DNA from: Naegleria gruberi
Taxonomy: Eukaryota
Reading direction: 5' to 3' (one strand)
NCBI GenBank assembly: GCA_000004985.1
Contig: GG738865.1
Length of the DNA stretch: 64,000 nucleotides
Shown in pieces: positions 11,097 through 22,297 of the stretch (within the stretch, counting starts at the first letter, position 1; the number at the start of each line of letters is the position of its first letter). The notes beneath the pieces were generated by a model that saw only the letters and a program-made list of their open reading frames with translations, did no database searches and was not told the DNA's origin. The position numbers and the translations under genes were made by a program.

Positions 11097-13193
11097 ATGA
11101 ATAGACGATCATCTTCTAATTGCTTTATCAATTATTTGCTGATGAATAGTCATCATCATGGCACTACAAGTACAATAAGGAGAACAATGATGAGGAGTTT
11201 AATGAATAATAATAGTGGATTGACAACAACAAAAACAACATTAATTAATAATAATAACCGAGGAGGACATTTGAATATATTGTCATCATCATCAGTATCT
11301 GTTAATAATAATAATAATAGGAGAGAATTTAAAACAAATTATTGGACACAAAGTAAACAGGAAAATGGGAATATTGTTGATCATTCATTGGTCGAAGCCT
11401 TGATTACTTTCGAAAGTTCGAGAAAAAGTGTAAATGATAATTTATCAATTCTTTGTAATCAGAGTGACATTACTGAAGAGAGATTGACATCAATATTAAA
11501 TCAAAAGATTATTGAAAAGTTAGATCCATCAACAATATTTACAATGATGCAATTCTATGCCAAGAAGGGAAATGCTCCAAAAGTTAAGGAATTATATAGA
11601 CACATCAAGAATCCAAATGAGGAATCAAAAAAGCAACTTGTTAAATTGTTGGCTTTGGCTGGTTCTAGATTGAAAACAAAAACAAATCCAGAATCAATCA
11701 CACCAAAGGTGGCAAAGAATTTAATGAAAACAATGCCTTCAAATATCAATGTAGCTCATAAGAGAAGTATTTCTGAGCTTAAAGAGGTAGAGGATGCCTT
11801 GAAAAAGAAAAAAGACAGTGTATCATATACACACAGTGTTGTAATTGAAGCATTCTCAATTAGAGGTAACATGAAACAAGCTGAAACTTATTTTGAAAAT
11901 ATTCAACATGTGAATACTGAAGTTTTAAATTCAATGATTGATGGTTGGATTAGAACTTTGACCAAGAGTGATAAATCTCTCATTGAAGGCCAATCTGAAA
12001 ACACAAGTGAAGAATCATTTAATTTTGTAAAGGGCAGAGTGAATTATTATTTTGATTTATTTGACTTGTACAAGATCAAGAGAGATGTGAGAACCTATGC
12101 CTATTTTCTCAGATTTAAATTTATTGAAGCTCTTTTCGTGGATCCTAAAGATCCAGATGTAAATTCAATTGTAGATTTAATAGAGAGTATGATAAGCAAG
12201 GATAAAATTTCACCAGACAATTATTTCGTCTCGACATTCCTTGCCAGACTGAATACCATACACTCCAAAGCCAAAGTGAAAAAGCTTTACAGTACCTATA
12301 AGAAACACCTCCTCAAAGTTAAAGTCACAAATGCCAATAATTTAGCCATCCTCACCACACTTGCCAACTCGAAATGTATTCCAGAAGCTCTTTCATTGTT
12401 TGAACACTTGAAAAAGTCACTTCCAACAAATGAAAAGACCACTGCTTATGAAATTATGATTTCCATGTTCTTGGAGAGTGATGACGAGGCAGCTATTGTG
12501 TTAATTGATGACATGATTCAAAAGAAAGTACCTAGATCCTCTAAAACTTACTACTCTGTTCTCAACTACTTTTCACAACAAGGCAATCACAAGGCAGTGT
12601 CCAAATATTTCCAACTCTTACAGGTTGAGGGGGTTTCGTTGACTCCAGAAATTCTCAAAGTATCCCTAAAGAGTTTAGCTTTAACGAGAAGTAAGAAACA
12701 AGTAATGGACATTCTCAAGAGAGCAGAAACTGAGAATTATCTCACTGAGGAAAGTTGTTCTTCATTTATTGGAACTTATGGACTTTTGGAAGAATTGGAA
12801 GAAGCTGAAAGAGTTTTCAATCTTTTCAAAGATACAAACATGCTGGATATTTACAATGAAATGTTATGTACATATGTTAATCACTCATGTGTTGGTGATG
12901 CCATCACTCTCTATTTGGATTATCCAATGAAGGGTGATATTTTCACGTATGAAACTCTTGTTGGAGCTTTGGGTATTTCAAAAGAGTATTCTGCCATTTT
13001 ACAAATTCACAAAATCATGATCAAGCTTGGTATTCGACCAACTTTTAAATATTATGATCAACTCATTGATATTCTCACCAAGGAACCAGTAACGGATCCA
13101 GAAGTTAAATCCTTCCTCCAATCTCTCCCAGATGAAATGTCTCAATTCAACATTGGACAAATTGAACAATTAATCATGAGACTTTTGTTTTAA
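11097..13193 (+). CDS. Pentatricopeptide-repeat (PPR)-like helical repeat protein, probably organellar (698 aa).
   Basis: N-terminal R/S-rich presequence. Repeated ~35-aa helical units with PPR-like motifs (YTHSVVIEAFSIRGNMKQAETYFENI; TAYEIMISMFLESDDEAAIVLIDDMIQK; FTYETLVGALGISKEYSAILQIHKIM). Confidence 0.55.
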   Translation: MNRRSSSNCFINYLLMNSHHHGTTSTIRRTMMRSLMNNNSGLTTTKTTLINNNNRGGHLNILSSSSVSVNNNNNRREFKTNYWTQSKQENGNIVDHSLVEALITFESSRKSVNDNLSILCNQSDITEERLTSILNQKIIEKLDPSTIFTMMQFYAKKGNAPKVKELYRHIKNPNEESKKQLVKLLALAGSRLKTKTNPESITPKVAKNLMKTMPSNINVAHKRSISELKEVEDALKKKKDSVSYTHSVVIEAFSIRGNMKQAETYFENIQHVNTEVLNSMIDGWIRTLTKSDKSLIEGQSENTSEESFNFVKGRVNYYFDLFDLYKIKRDVRTYAYFLRFKFIEALFVDPKDPDVNSIVDLIESMISKDKISPDNYFVSTFLARLNTIHSKAKVKKLYSTYKKHLLKVKVTNANNLAILTTLANSKCIPEALSLFEHLKKSLPTNEKTTAYEIMISMFLESDDEAAIVLIDDMIQKKVPRSSKTYYSVLNYFSQQGNHKAVSKYFQLLQVEGVSLTPEILKVSLKSLALTRSKKQVMDILKRAETENYLTEESCSSFIGTYGLLEELEEAERVFNLFKDTNMLDIYNEMLCTYVNHSCVGDAITLYLDYPMKGDIFTYETLVGALGISKEYSAILQIHKIMIKLGIRPTFKYYDQLIDILTKEPVTDPEVKSFLQSLPDEMSQFNIGQIEQLIMRLLF

Positions 13194-13409
13194 AGTATTA
13201 AAGTAAATAGTTTATTATTGATTAATAGTGATTACTAATAGGTGCTAGGTGCTAATATTCAAGGTTATTAAGAATTTAAGAGAAATGCCCCCTTTGTGGG
13301 GAACAAGATTTTTTGTTATTAGCCGTGTGCTGGTTTTTCAAACACATTTTCGCGCCAATTTTCTGACCGTTACCATTATTAAAATACTCCAAAAAAATAA
13401 CAACAAGGT

Positions 13410-15455
13410 ATGCCTCCACCTCCTCCTTCAACATCTTCATCATCAACACCAAGAGGAAAGGCAATGCGATCTGCTTTTCTACCACCCGAAACCCCATTAT
13501 CAACCAAAATTAGAAAACCAATCAGGGCCACTCCTTCTTCTTCAACTTCCTCATCGACCAATGGCACTAAGCTACAAGAACAAGAACAGCTACAAGACCA
13601 ATGTATTAAAGTGTACATTAGAATTCGTCCGAACGATGATCATGACCAATTACAAATTGAATTTCTCAACAATTCTTCAATTCAAGTCACGTGTAAAAAT
13701 CAAGAAAAGGCAGATACACCAAAAGTATTCCTATTTGATCAGGTTTTGGATGAAAATGTTTCTCAGCAACAAGTTTTTGATTTGATTGGTGTTCCAGTTG
13801 TTGAAGAACTTCTTCAGGGGTTCAATGCTTCCATTTTAGGTTATGGACATACAGGATCTGGTAAAACATTTACAATGGGAACTAATCTTCATGAGATTGC
13901 AGATTCCTTTGAGAGTGGCAATTTGCCTGCTGCTTGTGGTTTATTGCCACGAATTGTTGAAAGGTTGCTAAACAGGAAGAAAGTGGACGAACAATTAAGC
14001 TGCTCCTTATTTGAAATTTATAATGGAGGAGTTTATGATTTATTTGGAGAGGCCAGCAAAAAGTGTAAGGTCAAGTATTCAAACGGTGTGGATGTTGTGA
14101 CCAATGCTAAAAAGAAGCTTATTCATTCACTGTCTGATCTTTCTTCCATTTCGTCTGGTTTAAAAAGGAGACATCAAAGTGCAACTGGACAAAATCTATC
14201 CTCATCAAGATCACACTGCATCTTTAGATTGTTTATCACAACTGCAGACAATACTGAAAGATGCCTAAACATGGTTGACTTGGCTGGATCTGAACGTCAA
14301 AAAACTGCCAACATTCACGCTGATAAAATGTTACTAGATGAAGCAAATTACATTAATACTTCATTGACAGTTTTGAAAAGATGCATTGAAGCAGTCTATA
14401 ATAATCAATCCAATACTGATAAGAAGACACTAGTTCCATACAGGGAAGATAATCTTGCCTTATTGTTGCATTCAACTTTGGAAGGAAATTCAAAAACTTT
14501 CTTTATTGGAAATATTGGAACTGCAAGTGAATCGATATCAACTTTGAATTATGCACAAACGGCAAGAAAGATTAAAAAGATGACTAGCAAGTTGAGTTCA
14601 ATGTTGAAGAAGAAATCAGGAGGATTGTTTGAAGAGGAAATTGAAAAGTTAAAGAAAGAGTTGGAAGAAACTAAGGGTAAATTGGATGAGGAAAGAGATA
14701 GCAAGACCAAACATATTGAAGAACTCTCACAGAAAATTGCATTATTAGAAACTAAACAACAGGAAGCTAATGAAATTCTCAAACAATCGAATACCATTAT
14801 AGAAGAGATGCAAATCAGAGACGATTCTCTGAAAGAAATTTGCTCAGAAAAAGAAGAAATTATTTCAAATCTCTTTGAAGAATTGTCAAAAGCCAGAAAA
14901 GAAAGCGAGCTCTTGGAGAAGGACAATTCAACATTGAAGAGTGAAAATTCAATTCTTTTGGAAGCAATTGAAAATCAATGTGAAATCATTAGACAACGAG
15001 ATAAGGAACATGATTCAGCTTTCCAAAATTTGAAAGAGCAACTAGACGAATATCAAAAACAGTCATCCTCAAAGACTCTTACAATTCAAACTCTGCGAGA
15101 TGAATTGAAAAAAAAGGACAAAATCATACAGAGAAAATCTTCAACTACTGCAGAACAACTTTATCAGACCATTGAAAATTTACTTAAAACAATTGAAGAT
15201 CAAAAGAAGACAATTCACATGTTTTTGAATGGAACGATGGAAGTTGTGGATATTGATAAGGAAGAAGCTCATGATGGTAATTCATGTGATAGTGATGATG
15301 ATGATGAGAAGGTGATGTCTGATTCTCCAGTTGTGAAATCAAACAAACGAAAGGTAATTTCTCCACTCCAAAATATTGTCTATGAATCAACAGATGAAAA
15401 TAATGAACCAGAATGTAAATATTCAAAATCTGATTTATTAGAATATTTAAAATAA
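13410..15455 (+). CDS. Kinesin family member: N-terminal motor domain plus coiled-coil tail (681 aa).
   Basis: P-loop GYGHTGSGKTFTMGT, switch I SSRSHCIF, switch II DLAGSER. Long coiled coil after residue ~400. Overlapping ORFs 13249..13785 and 14549..14926 are out-of-frame shadows. Confidence 0.85.
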   Translation: MPPPPPSTSSSSTPRGKAMRSAFLPPETPLSTKIRKPIRATPSSSTSSSTNGTKLQEQEQLQDQCIKVYIRIRPNDDHDQLQIEFLNNSSIQVTCKNQEKADTPKVFLFDQVLDENVSQQQVFDLIGVPVVEELLQGFNASILGYGHTGSGKTFTMGTNLHEIADSFESGNLPAACGLLPRIVERLLNRKKVDEQLSCSLFEIYNGGVYDLFGEASKKCKVKYSNGVDVVTNAKKKLIHSLSDLSSISSGLKRRHQSATGQNLSSSRSHCIFRLFITTADNTERCLNMVDLAGSERQKTANIHADKMLLDEANYINTSLTVLKRCIEAVYNNQSNTDKKTLVPYREDNLALLLHSTLEGNSKTFFIGNIGTASESISTLNYAQTARKIKKMTSKLSSMLKKKSGGLFEEEIEKLKKELEETKGKLDEERDSKTKHIEELSQKIALLETKQQEANEILKQSNTIIEEMQIRDDSLKEICSEKEEIISNLFEELSKARKESELLEKDNSTLKSENSILLEAIENQCEIIRQRDKEHDSAFQNLKEQLDEYQKQSSSKTLTIQTLRDELKKKDKIIQRKSSTTAEQLYQTIENLLKTIEDQKKTIHMFLNGTMEVVDIDKEEAHDGNSCDSDDDDEKVMSDSPVVKSNKRKVISPLQNIVYESTDENNEPECKYSKSDLLEYLK

Positions 15456-15458
15456 AAA

Positions 15459-16529
15459 ATGGGAAATAGTCAACCAAGTAGAAATTTCACAAAAAATCAA
15501 TTAACAACACCAGTTTCCATTCCGATATTGTTTCTTATCGGAGATAAATCAAGTGGAAAGACGCAAACTATTCTTTCATATAACCACAGTTTCGAATTAA
15601 ACAGACGAACCCGACATTTAATTATTGAACTTTCGCGATGCATTCTTGGTTATGAAGCTCATCAAATTTCCAAGATTGACGAAAAACATTACAAAAGCAT
15701 TGCAAAAAAGTTAAAAAAAACTTGGAATTCCAAAAAGGAAAATTCTTTAAAATTCAACGCTGAAAATTTTAAAAGAAATTTAAATTATTTTGAAATTTCA
15801 ATTGAAAAACTTTTGGAAATTCTTGAAAAAATTGTAAAGGACGAATTTAGTACTGAATTGACCAATTCAGAAATTCAAATTATTGAACAAGCTCAACTAT
15901 TAATTCATCCATTTGCTTATTTCCTGGAAAATTGGTCAATTGGAACACAAACTAATCAATTAGTTGAATTATGTGCAATTCCAAGATCGAAATTATCACT
16001 TGATTCAGAAACATTTTCATGGATGAAAGAAAGAGAAAATTCTGTCGTTTTGGTTTTCATTTCATTGATTGGATGGTTGGATGAAACAGAGTATAATTTT
16101 CACAATTTTGATGAGATTGGAAAGGTGCTTGGACACGTTTCGAATAAGAAATTCGAATTTGTTTTTACAAAACCAGATCTGTTGTGGAAAATTCTGGCAA
16201 AAGGAGTGAAATATAAACATCAGGTGAAAGATACAAGAGCAGAGTTATTGGATATGGAAACTAAATACGGATTCGATCGAATAGTTAGCTCAATAATTTC
16301 AAAATACGAAACTGAACTACTGGCAGAATGCAATGATGCACAGAAACCTTTCAACTATCACATAGCAAGAACCAATTCATTGGACGAAATCTCAAAAGTG
16401 ATTGAAAGTGCCACTTCTGAATTTTCTCAATTTATTTCACCATTTATTATTCGAAAGACTTTATTCCAACCAGCACATTCCAATCAATTATTCTATTCAG
16501 ATCTATTAATATTGTGCATCTACCCTTAA
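15459..16529 (+). CDS. Divergent G-protein alpha-subunit-like protein with degenerate GTPase motifs (356 aa).
   Basis: Starts MGNSQ... with a Gα-type P-loop [14 protein letters not shown] (compare LLLLGAGESGKSTI) and a ~115-aa helical insertion. Later blocks parallel Gα: WSIGTQ for DVGGQ, [14 protein letters not shown] for [28 protein letters not shown] for [42 protein letters not shown] for [22 protein letters not shown]. The switch I Arg/Thr, NKxD and TCAT motifs are not conserved. Confidence 0.5.
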   Translation: [356 protein letters not shown]

Positions 16530-16883
16530 TAATCCTTTAAATACAGTGAAAAATTGATTATTTTTAACAGAAACTTTCCGTAATGAAATATAACAGTTGA
16601 CATTTCCATAACTCGTGTCAAGTTTCTATCCAATTCTATCTTCATATTACATGATGAAGAAGGTAGAGTAAGCAACTGCCAAACATCAAAATTTGGCCAG
16701 CTCTATACACCAAACAAACATCTTGAAAGTTTTGCAAGTTTAAATTTCAGATCTTGGAAAAAAACGTTGCAACTTTCCATAAACAGTTTCTATTGCCAGA
16801 ACTGTAAAGAAAAAACCAAACTAATCTTCATAGCGCTCAAATTAAACTTTTAGCTTATTAGAAGACACAAAAAAATAAACACA

Positions 16884-19162
16884 ATGAAGTGGTTCTCTAC
16901 TACACATGTGTTTTGTTTGTTGTTGATTTTGTTGGTAGTGGTAGAAAGTGAGTTGACAATTCTGTCAAGCGAAGATTTGGCATTTGACAGTTCCAGGAGT
17001 AATCAGAGTGTTATTGAAAGGAAATTATTATCAATTGACGAAAATATAAAGAGAATCAATATTTCTAACACAAATTTCCTTCAAAATTTAGCAAATGACA
17101 ATTGGCAGGTAATCGCATCAACTCAATCACTAGTAATTGTTAGTTTACAGAATTTAACAACCATTGATGATGTTCTTCTACTCGCATCACGTAAACTAAT
17201 TAAAATTGGTGTACACACTATTATTGGAATAGACATTAGGTTTGTGGAGACGAAACTTCAACTAAACTCGACGAAACACTTCTACAAGACTGAGAGAATG
17301 GACAGAACATCTTCTGATTGTTGGATGGGAAATGTTTTCGAATATTTCGATGTTGTAATTTCAAGTGATTTGTTTCTTCCAATTCTCATAAGACAAAATC
17401 GAGATTGTTATGTCACAACCCCAGTGTTTAGAACATTAGATTATCAAGATTTGAGTTTAGTTTCATTTTCTCCCTTTGAAATAGTAATAGCAAACTCAAA
17501 AGCATCATTTAATGATCTTGTCACCTATCAATATGAAATAATGAACGACATGTTCAAAAATTTACAAATTTCACAACAAGTTTGTGAATCAACGACAAGT
17601 TCATACAAGGAACATGATTATTCAGTGTTGAGAATTGAACAATTTTTCACAAATATTTCAGCGGATGATTTTTTATTTATTGTGGAATATCATGCGTTGG
17701 ATAATTGGACACTAAATCAAACATTTACTAATTTGGCATTTGAAATGGTGTTAAATAGAACTGGATATAGTGTTGATAAGCTCAATTCTATGAAAAGATC
17801 ATTCTTTCCCACAAAATGTTACTCCTGTCTAACGTCATCTTGTATGTGGGAAGACAGAGCTAGTCCAGTAGCTTCAAATGCAGATGGTGTCAGTATTGGA
17901 GGTGGTATCTCTCTATTCATTGCATTATTTTTCTATTTTCCTTCTTTAATTCTATTCAGAAACAGAGAATCGGTCAAGATTCGTCTCATTGTTCCATACG
18001 TTTCGGTTCTGAGTCCAGTTTTCATCATGTTGATTCAGATTTTTCAACTTATCAAGCCGTGTTATTTGCTCTATCAGATTGCTGTTAATTTTCTATCCTG
18101 TTGGTCGATTATCATTTATTTTTTGATTTGTATTCGATTCGTCTTGTTGAGAAATATTTATACGCTAGTTCTGTATCTTAATGAGAGACATATCAAGATT
18201 TTAAAATGGTTAGTGAGTAAGAGAGTTGCAAGTATTGGATCCTTTCTGATGGGTGTGTTGATTGGATGTTTAGTTTCCCTCGTTCCCCTTGTTGGATTTT
18301 ATGATGTAAGTTGTTATTCGAATCCCAAACTAAACATCTTCTTTGAAAATAGGAATTCTTTGGAAATCGTGCTGCCATACAATGTGCTTTCATCACCTTT
18401 GGAATCACTGTAGCCATTGCAACATTATCATTACTAGCACTTGTCATTCATTTCCTCTTCAAGATTCCAATAATTTGGAGAAGAGGTCTATTATATATTC
18501 TATTCTTTGATGATCCATTTCAAATCAAGTTTGATATTTTATTCTTCTCACTCAATACTATAGTCATTACAGTTTATTTATTCACAGAGGCGAATCAGAA
18601 TTATGTTTACAGTATTTTTGCACCACTCCTATCTCACAATATTGGAATGTTGTATAGAGGAGGTTTAGTTTTGATTATTGAATGGTTTAAAACGATTTAT
18701 TTTAGAAAACAACTGAATATGACTGAGAAGGAGAAAGTGGACGAATTGGTTCTTCATTTGGAAAATCCAGAATTCTTCAATTTAATGAAGGAATTTGTTG
18801 CAAAGGAAACTTCACTTGAGAACTTGAAATTTTACGAAGAATTGAAACAAATAGAAAGAATGAGTCAATCTGACAAGAATCCCAAAATCAGTCACGAAGA
18901 AATGATTCGAATAAGGGACAAGTACTTTAAAGAAAATGTTCTATACGAATTGAATATTGGAGGCCAAACTAAGCAATCGTTTCACAATCTCGTAGCAACA
19001 GCTGCAAATCCAAATGAAGAAGTTCGCCTTAAAGATTTGAAATTCATTCTCGATGAAGAATTGATGGGAAATTTGAGTGATGCCTATTTGAGATTGAAAC
19101 AACAACCAGGTTTTAAGAGATGGAAAGTAGCTCACAATATTTATATTGAGGAAAAGGAATAG
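16884..19162 (+). CDS. Seven-transmembrane receptor-like protein with a C-terminal RGS domain (7TM-RGS). Exons 16884..18305 and 18353..19162.
   Basis: Signal peptide and ~300-aa N-glycosylation-rich ectodomain, then seven hydrophobic helices. A 47-nt intron (GTAAGT at 18306, AG at 18351-18352) joins ORF 16884..18413 in frame to ORF 18647..19162. The C-terminus carries RGS-domain signatures (FFNLMKEFVAKETSLENLKFYEELKQIE...IRDKYF, compare EFSEENLEFW). Confidence 0.65.
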
Positions 19163-19448
19163 TTTGGGAGTTTTGGAAAAATTTGTACTTTTCTCTATCC
19201 CAAGATTGAGTTTTGATTCTTGAATTCATCTTGGTTCCTTGAAAATCAGTGAAATTACTTTTCGTTCCATTTATTGGAGGAATTCTCTGAATAGTTCACT
19301 CTCGTATTAGGAAAAGCAAACTCATTCCTTTATGAGAGCTCTATGGAACGTTGAAAACCTCATAATCAGTTTGAGAATCCATTAATGTGAAATTTTAGAA
19401 AATATTCTTTACTATTATGGTTAAAGAAATATAGTTCTGGATAATCTT

Positions 19449-21133
19449 TTATTCGTCAGCAATTGCTTTCATATTTTTAATTTCTTCCTCGTGTTTCTCT
19501 CTCAATTCCTTCTTATTGAGCGATTTCTTAAGAATTGCCAAGAATAAGAAAGCTGGAATTAACCAAATAAATAAAACTAAAAGTAAGGTTTGAGGAAGTT
19601 TGAGTTTGGACAAGATACTATAAACACCACTGGTCACAGAAATTCCCAAATAGGTAAATGTTGAAAAGAAACCCATAAATTCACACTTCTTTTCCAATGG
19701 AATTAATTTGCTCATTAATCCACGAGCTACACTAGCATTCCATGCATATAAAAATCCAACAACCAGAAATTGAGCCAAAACAATGTACTTTTCCACTTTC
19801 ATTGAAATTGTAATAAATACTGAATTGAAGAAGAATTAGAAAATTCTCATTCAATTTGATTTGAAAACTTACTCGAAAGTGTTAAAACTCCAAAAAGTGA
19901 ATTTTGACCTGCCAAAACATAAATGTCATGAACCTTGAATAATTTCTCAAAAATTACACCTCCAATCACACCACCAACCATGGCAATCTTGAAATACAAG
20001 TTCAATAACACCTCCTGTTCAAGTCCAAAATTATAAATATCAATAAAAAGAGGTCCCAAATAAATTGTCACAACAGTACCAGCTGTGGAGAAGAATAAAT
20101 AGGAAAAGAGGAAAATCCAACAGTGATAGTATTGCTCATTCCTTCTCCAATGGATGAAGGTCTCAGCAAGTGATTTTAAAGATTTGGCAACCACTGCATA
20201 GACCTTTCCCAATCCTCTCAAATATTTTGGTAATTTGGAGAAACATTCAGGAATTTGCAAAGTTTGTGCTGTTTTGGCAGAAATTGGCTCTGGATTCAGA
20301 GTGACCTTATCTACACCATTTGGACTCAGAATGACAAACAGAGAGACCAGAATGGTGAGACTTGTGAAAACGAGAACCCACCAATTTTCTCTCGAAATAT
20401 CCCAAACTCCTCCCGAAAAAACACTCGAAGGTACAAAGGCCAATACCAATAATCCAACAAGATTGACACCAAATCCAATGAAATTACCCAACAAACTCAA
20501 AATCATCATATTCTTCTTATCAAAACAAGGTAAGAGAGCATTATTATTCATTACTGAAAATCTCAAAAAGAACATGGCCAATATATACACAATTTCACAA
20601 ATAGCCAAATGAGAAGTATAATCCTGTGGTGATTCATGTGGTAATTTATCAGTGAAAAACAATCCAATTGTTGCCAAAATACCCAAATACATTGTCACCA
20701 TCATTGAACTCCTAATTAATTTCAAATTATCAACCAAAGATCCCAAAATTGGCAATGTCAATGCACTTGCCAATGTTGTCACTGTATTAATAATTGAAAA
20801 TGCAGTAGAATACTCAGCTCCACTACCAGAAGCAACATTATGTAAAATCTTTGGATACAGAGCTGAATAGACAATTGTGTTCAACACATTAAAAACAATA
20901 CTAAACGATAACCATCCAATTGAACTTTTCACAACATGAAACAGTATCTGTGTTCTACTACTATGACCCATTCTATTCATTCCATTCTTAGCATCATCAT
21001 GTTCTGCATCATCATCATTCATCATTAATTGTTTTGATTCTTCATTATCAACAAATGATTGATCATGATGATCTATTGATTGAAAACGAGCATGATGATC
21101 ATATTCATCACCTCCATCTCCTCTTTGTATCAT
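19449..21133 (-). CDS. Major-facilitator-type multi-pass transporter (~545 aa). complement(19449..19819, 19873..21133).
   Basis: About 12 hydrophobic helices across two minus-strand ORFs. A 53-nt intron (GTAAGT..TTCAG, phase 1) joins them (...VLTLS-I-FITISMKVEKY...). Acidic/His-rich N-terminal tail. Subfamily not determined. Confidence 0.6.
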
Positions 21134-21704
21134 TTCTTGTTCTTCTGTTCTGTTGTTGTTGATGATGATGTTGAAGAAGAAATGATGATGCAGAATTATT
21201 GTGATGATGAGGATGAGGATGATGATTATTGGAGAGTGATGATAGATCGGAGGGTGCCTTGACGAGTGGTGTAAATTTACTTGGCATTAATTCTTCTCTT
21301 TTTCACAACAAGTGTATGTAGTACTATTAATTATTAAATGTTTGAATATATTGAATATATTGAATTCCTCCGATGAAAATATTTGGATGAGGATGTTGGT
21401 GAGTGATGTGAAGAATCTTTTTTTCAAAGGGTTTTTTGAAAGTTGAGAAGGAGCGGTTTGGCAATGGATGTGTGAAAAGATATTTTGTAAAGATTGGTTC
21501 AGTATGTGATGATGGTAAATTGTATTGAGGCAAAGGGCAAAACGTTGAAGACATTGTTAGTGATATTGAAAAGGGGACTGTTTGATATTTAACAGAAATG
21601 GATTTTCACAAAAGAAATAGTTAAAAATAATCTCAAAGTTGAACTAGAGTCTAGAAATTCTGAAGAAGAGAGAAAGGATATCTTTTATTGACATGCATTA
21701 ATGA

Positions 21705-22073
21705 TCACTTGTTGGATTGATAGATTGAGGAGAGGCTCTCAATTATATCTTTACTCTTTGCAAGTTTTTCTTTTCCAAATTCAATCAAATAACCAATAGA
21801 TCTTATCTGATTCAAGAGCAGCAAAATACAACTCATAGATATGATTGCATATAAATTATTGAAACTACAATAAATCAAAGCAATAAAGTTCAGTAAAGTG
21901 TATATTAACATGCCTAGAGGATCTCTTGTTGCCATTGAATAAAACCCACATAAAACTGCCAACAAAAGCAAAATACGTATGAGTGAAAAACTATAGTTAA
22001 GGGGAGGAGAAAATCTGGAAAAACAAGATAAGATCACCAAAAATCCAATTAGCACCAATTGAAAGGAGAACAT
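21705..22073 (-). CDS. Possible small multi-TM protein (122 aa), weak.
   Basis: ATG ORF with 3-4 hydrophobic helices. No homology recognised. Confidence 0.25.
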   Translation of the reverse strand: MFSFQLVLIGFLVILSCFSRFSPPLNYSFSLIRILLLLAVLCGFYSMATRDPLGMLIYTLLNFIALIYCSFNNLYAIISMSCILLLLNQIRSIGYLIEFGKEKLAKSKDIIESLSSIYQSNK

Positions 22074-22297
22074 GTTTCCTAATTTCGAAAATCGGTACTG
22101 ATTTGGAAAGAGGCAATCAGTGGTTCAATATGTTTGGCAAACATGTCGTAAAGTGGTGTCGTGTTGCTTTCAGAGTTGAGCAAGATTGGTTCTGTATGTC
22201 GAGACATTTTTTAAGTTGCTTTCAACCAACTAGAATAATACGCATGCACCTTCTCTGATTGGTCCAAATACGAACTTTACAAAAAATGAATACGTAT

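Noticed and set aside
13249-13785. 178-aa ORF overlapping the kinesin start, and 13276..13618 minus ORFs
   Set aside because: Out-of-frame overlaps of the kinesin 5' region (poly-Pro/Ser tract). The kinesin frame carries the recognisable motor motifs.
15459-15480. N-myristoylation of the Gα-like protein (MGNSQPS)
   Set aside because: Gly2 is present but position 6 is Pro rather than Ser/Thr, so the canonical NMT consensus is not met. Not asserted.
22090-22215. Short minus-strand ORF (MSRHTEPILLNSESNTTPLYDMFAKHIEPLIASFQISTDFRN) just upstream of the small TM ORF 21705..22073
   Set aside because: Only ~42 aa. The sole possible intron to the downstream ORF would be ~20 nt (too short). Probably a 5' UTR uORF or chance ORF.
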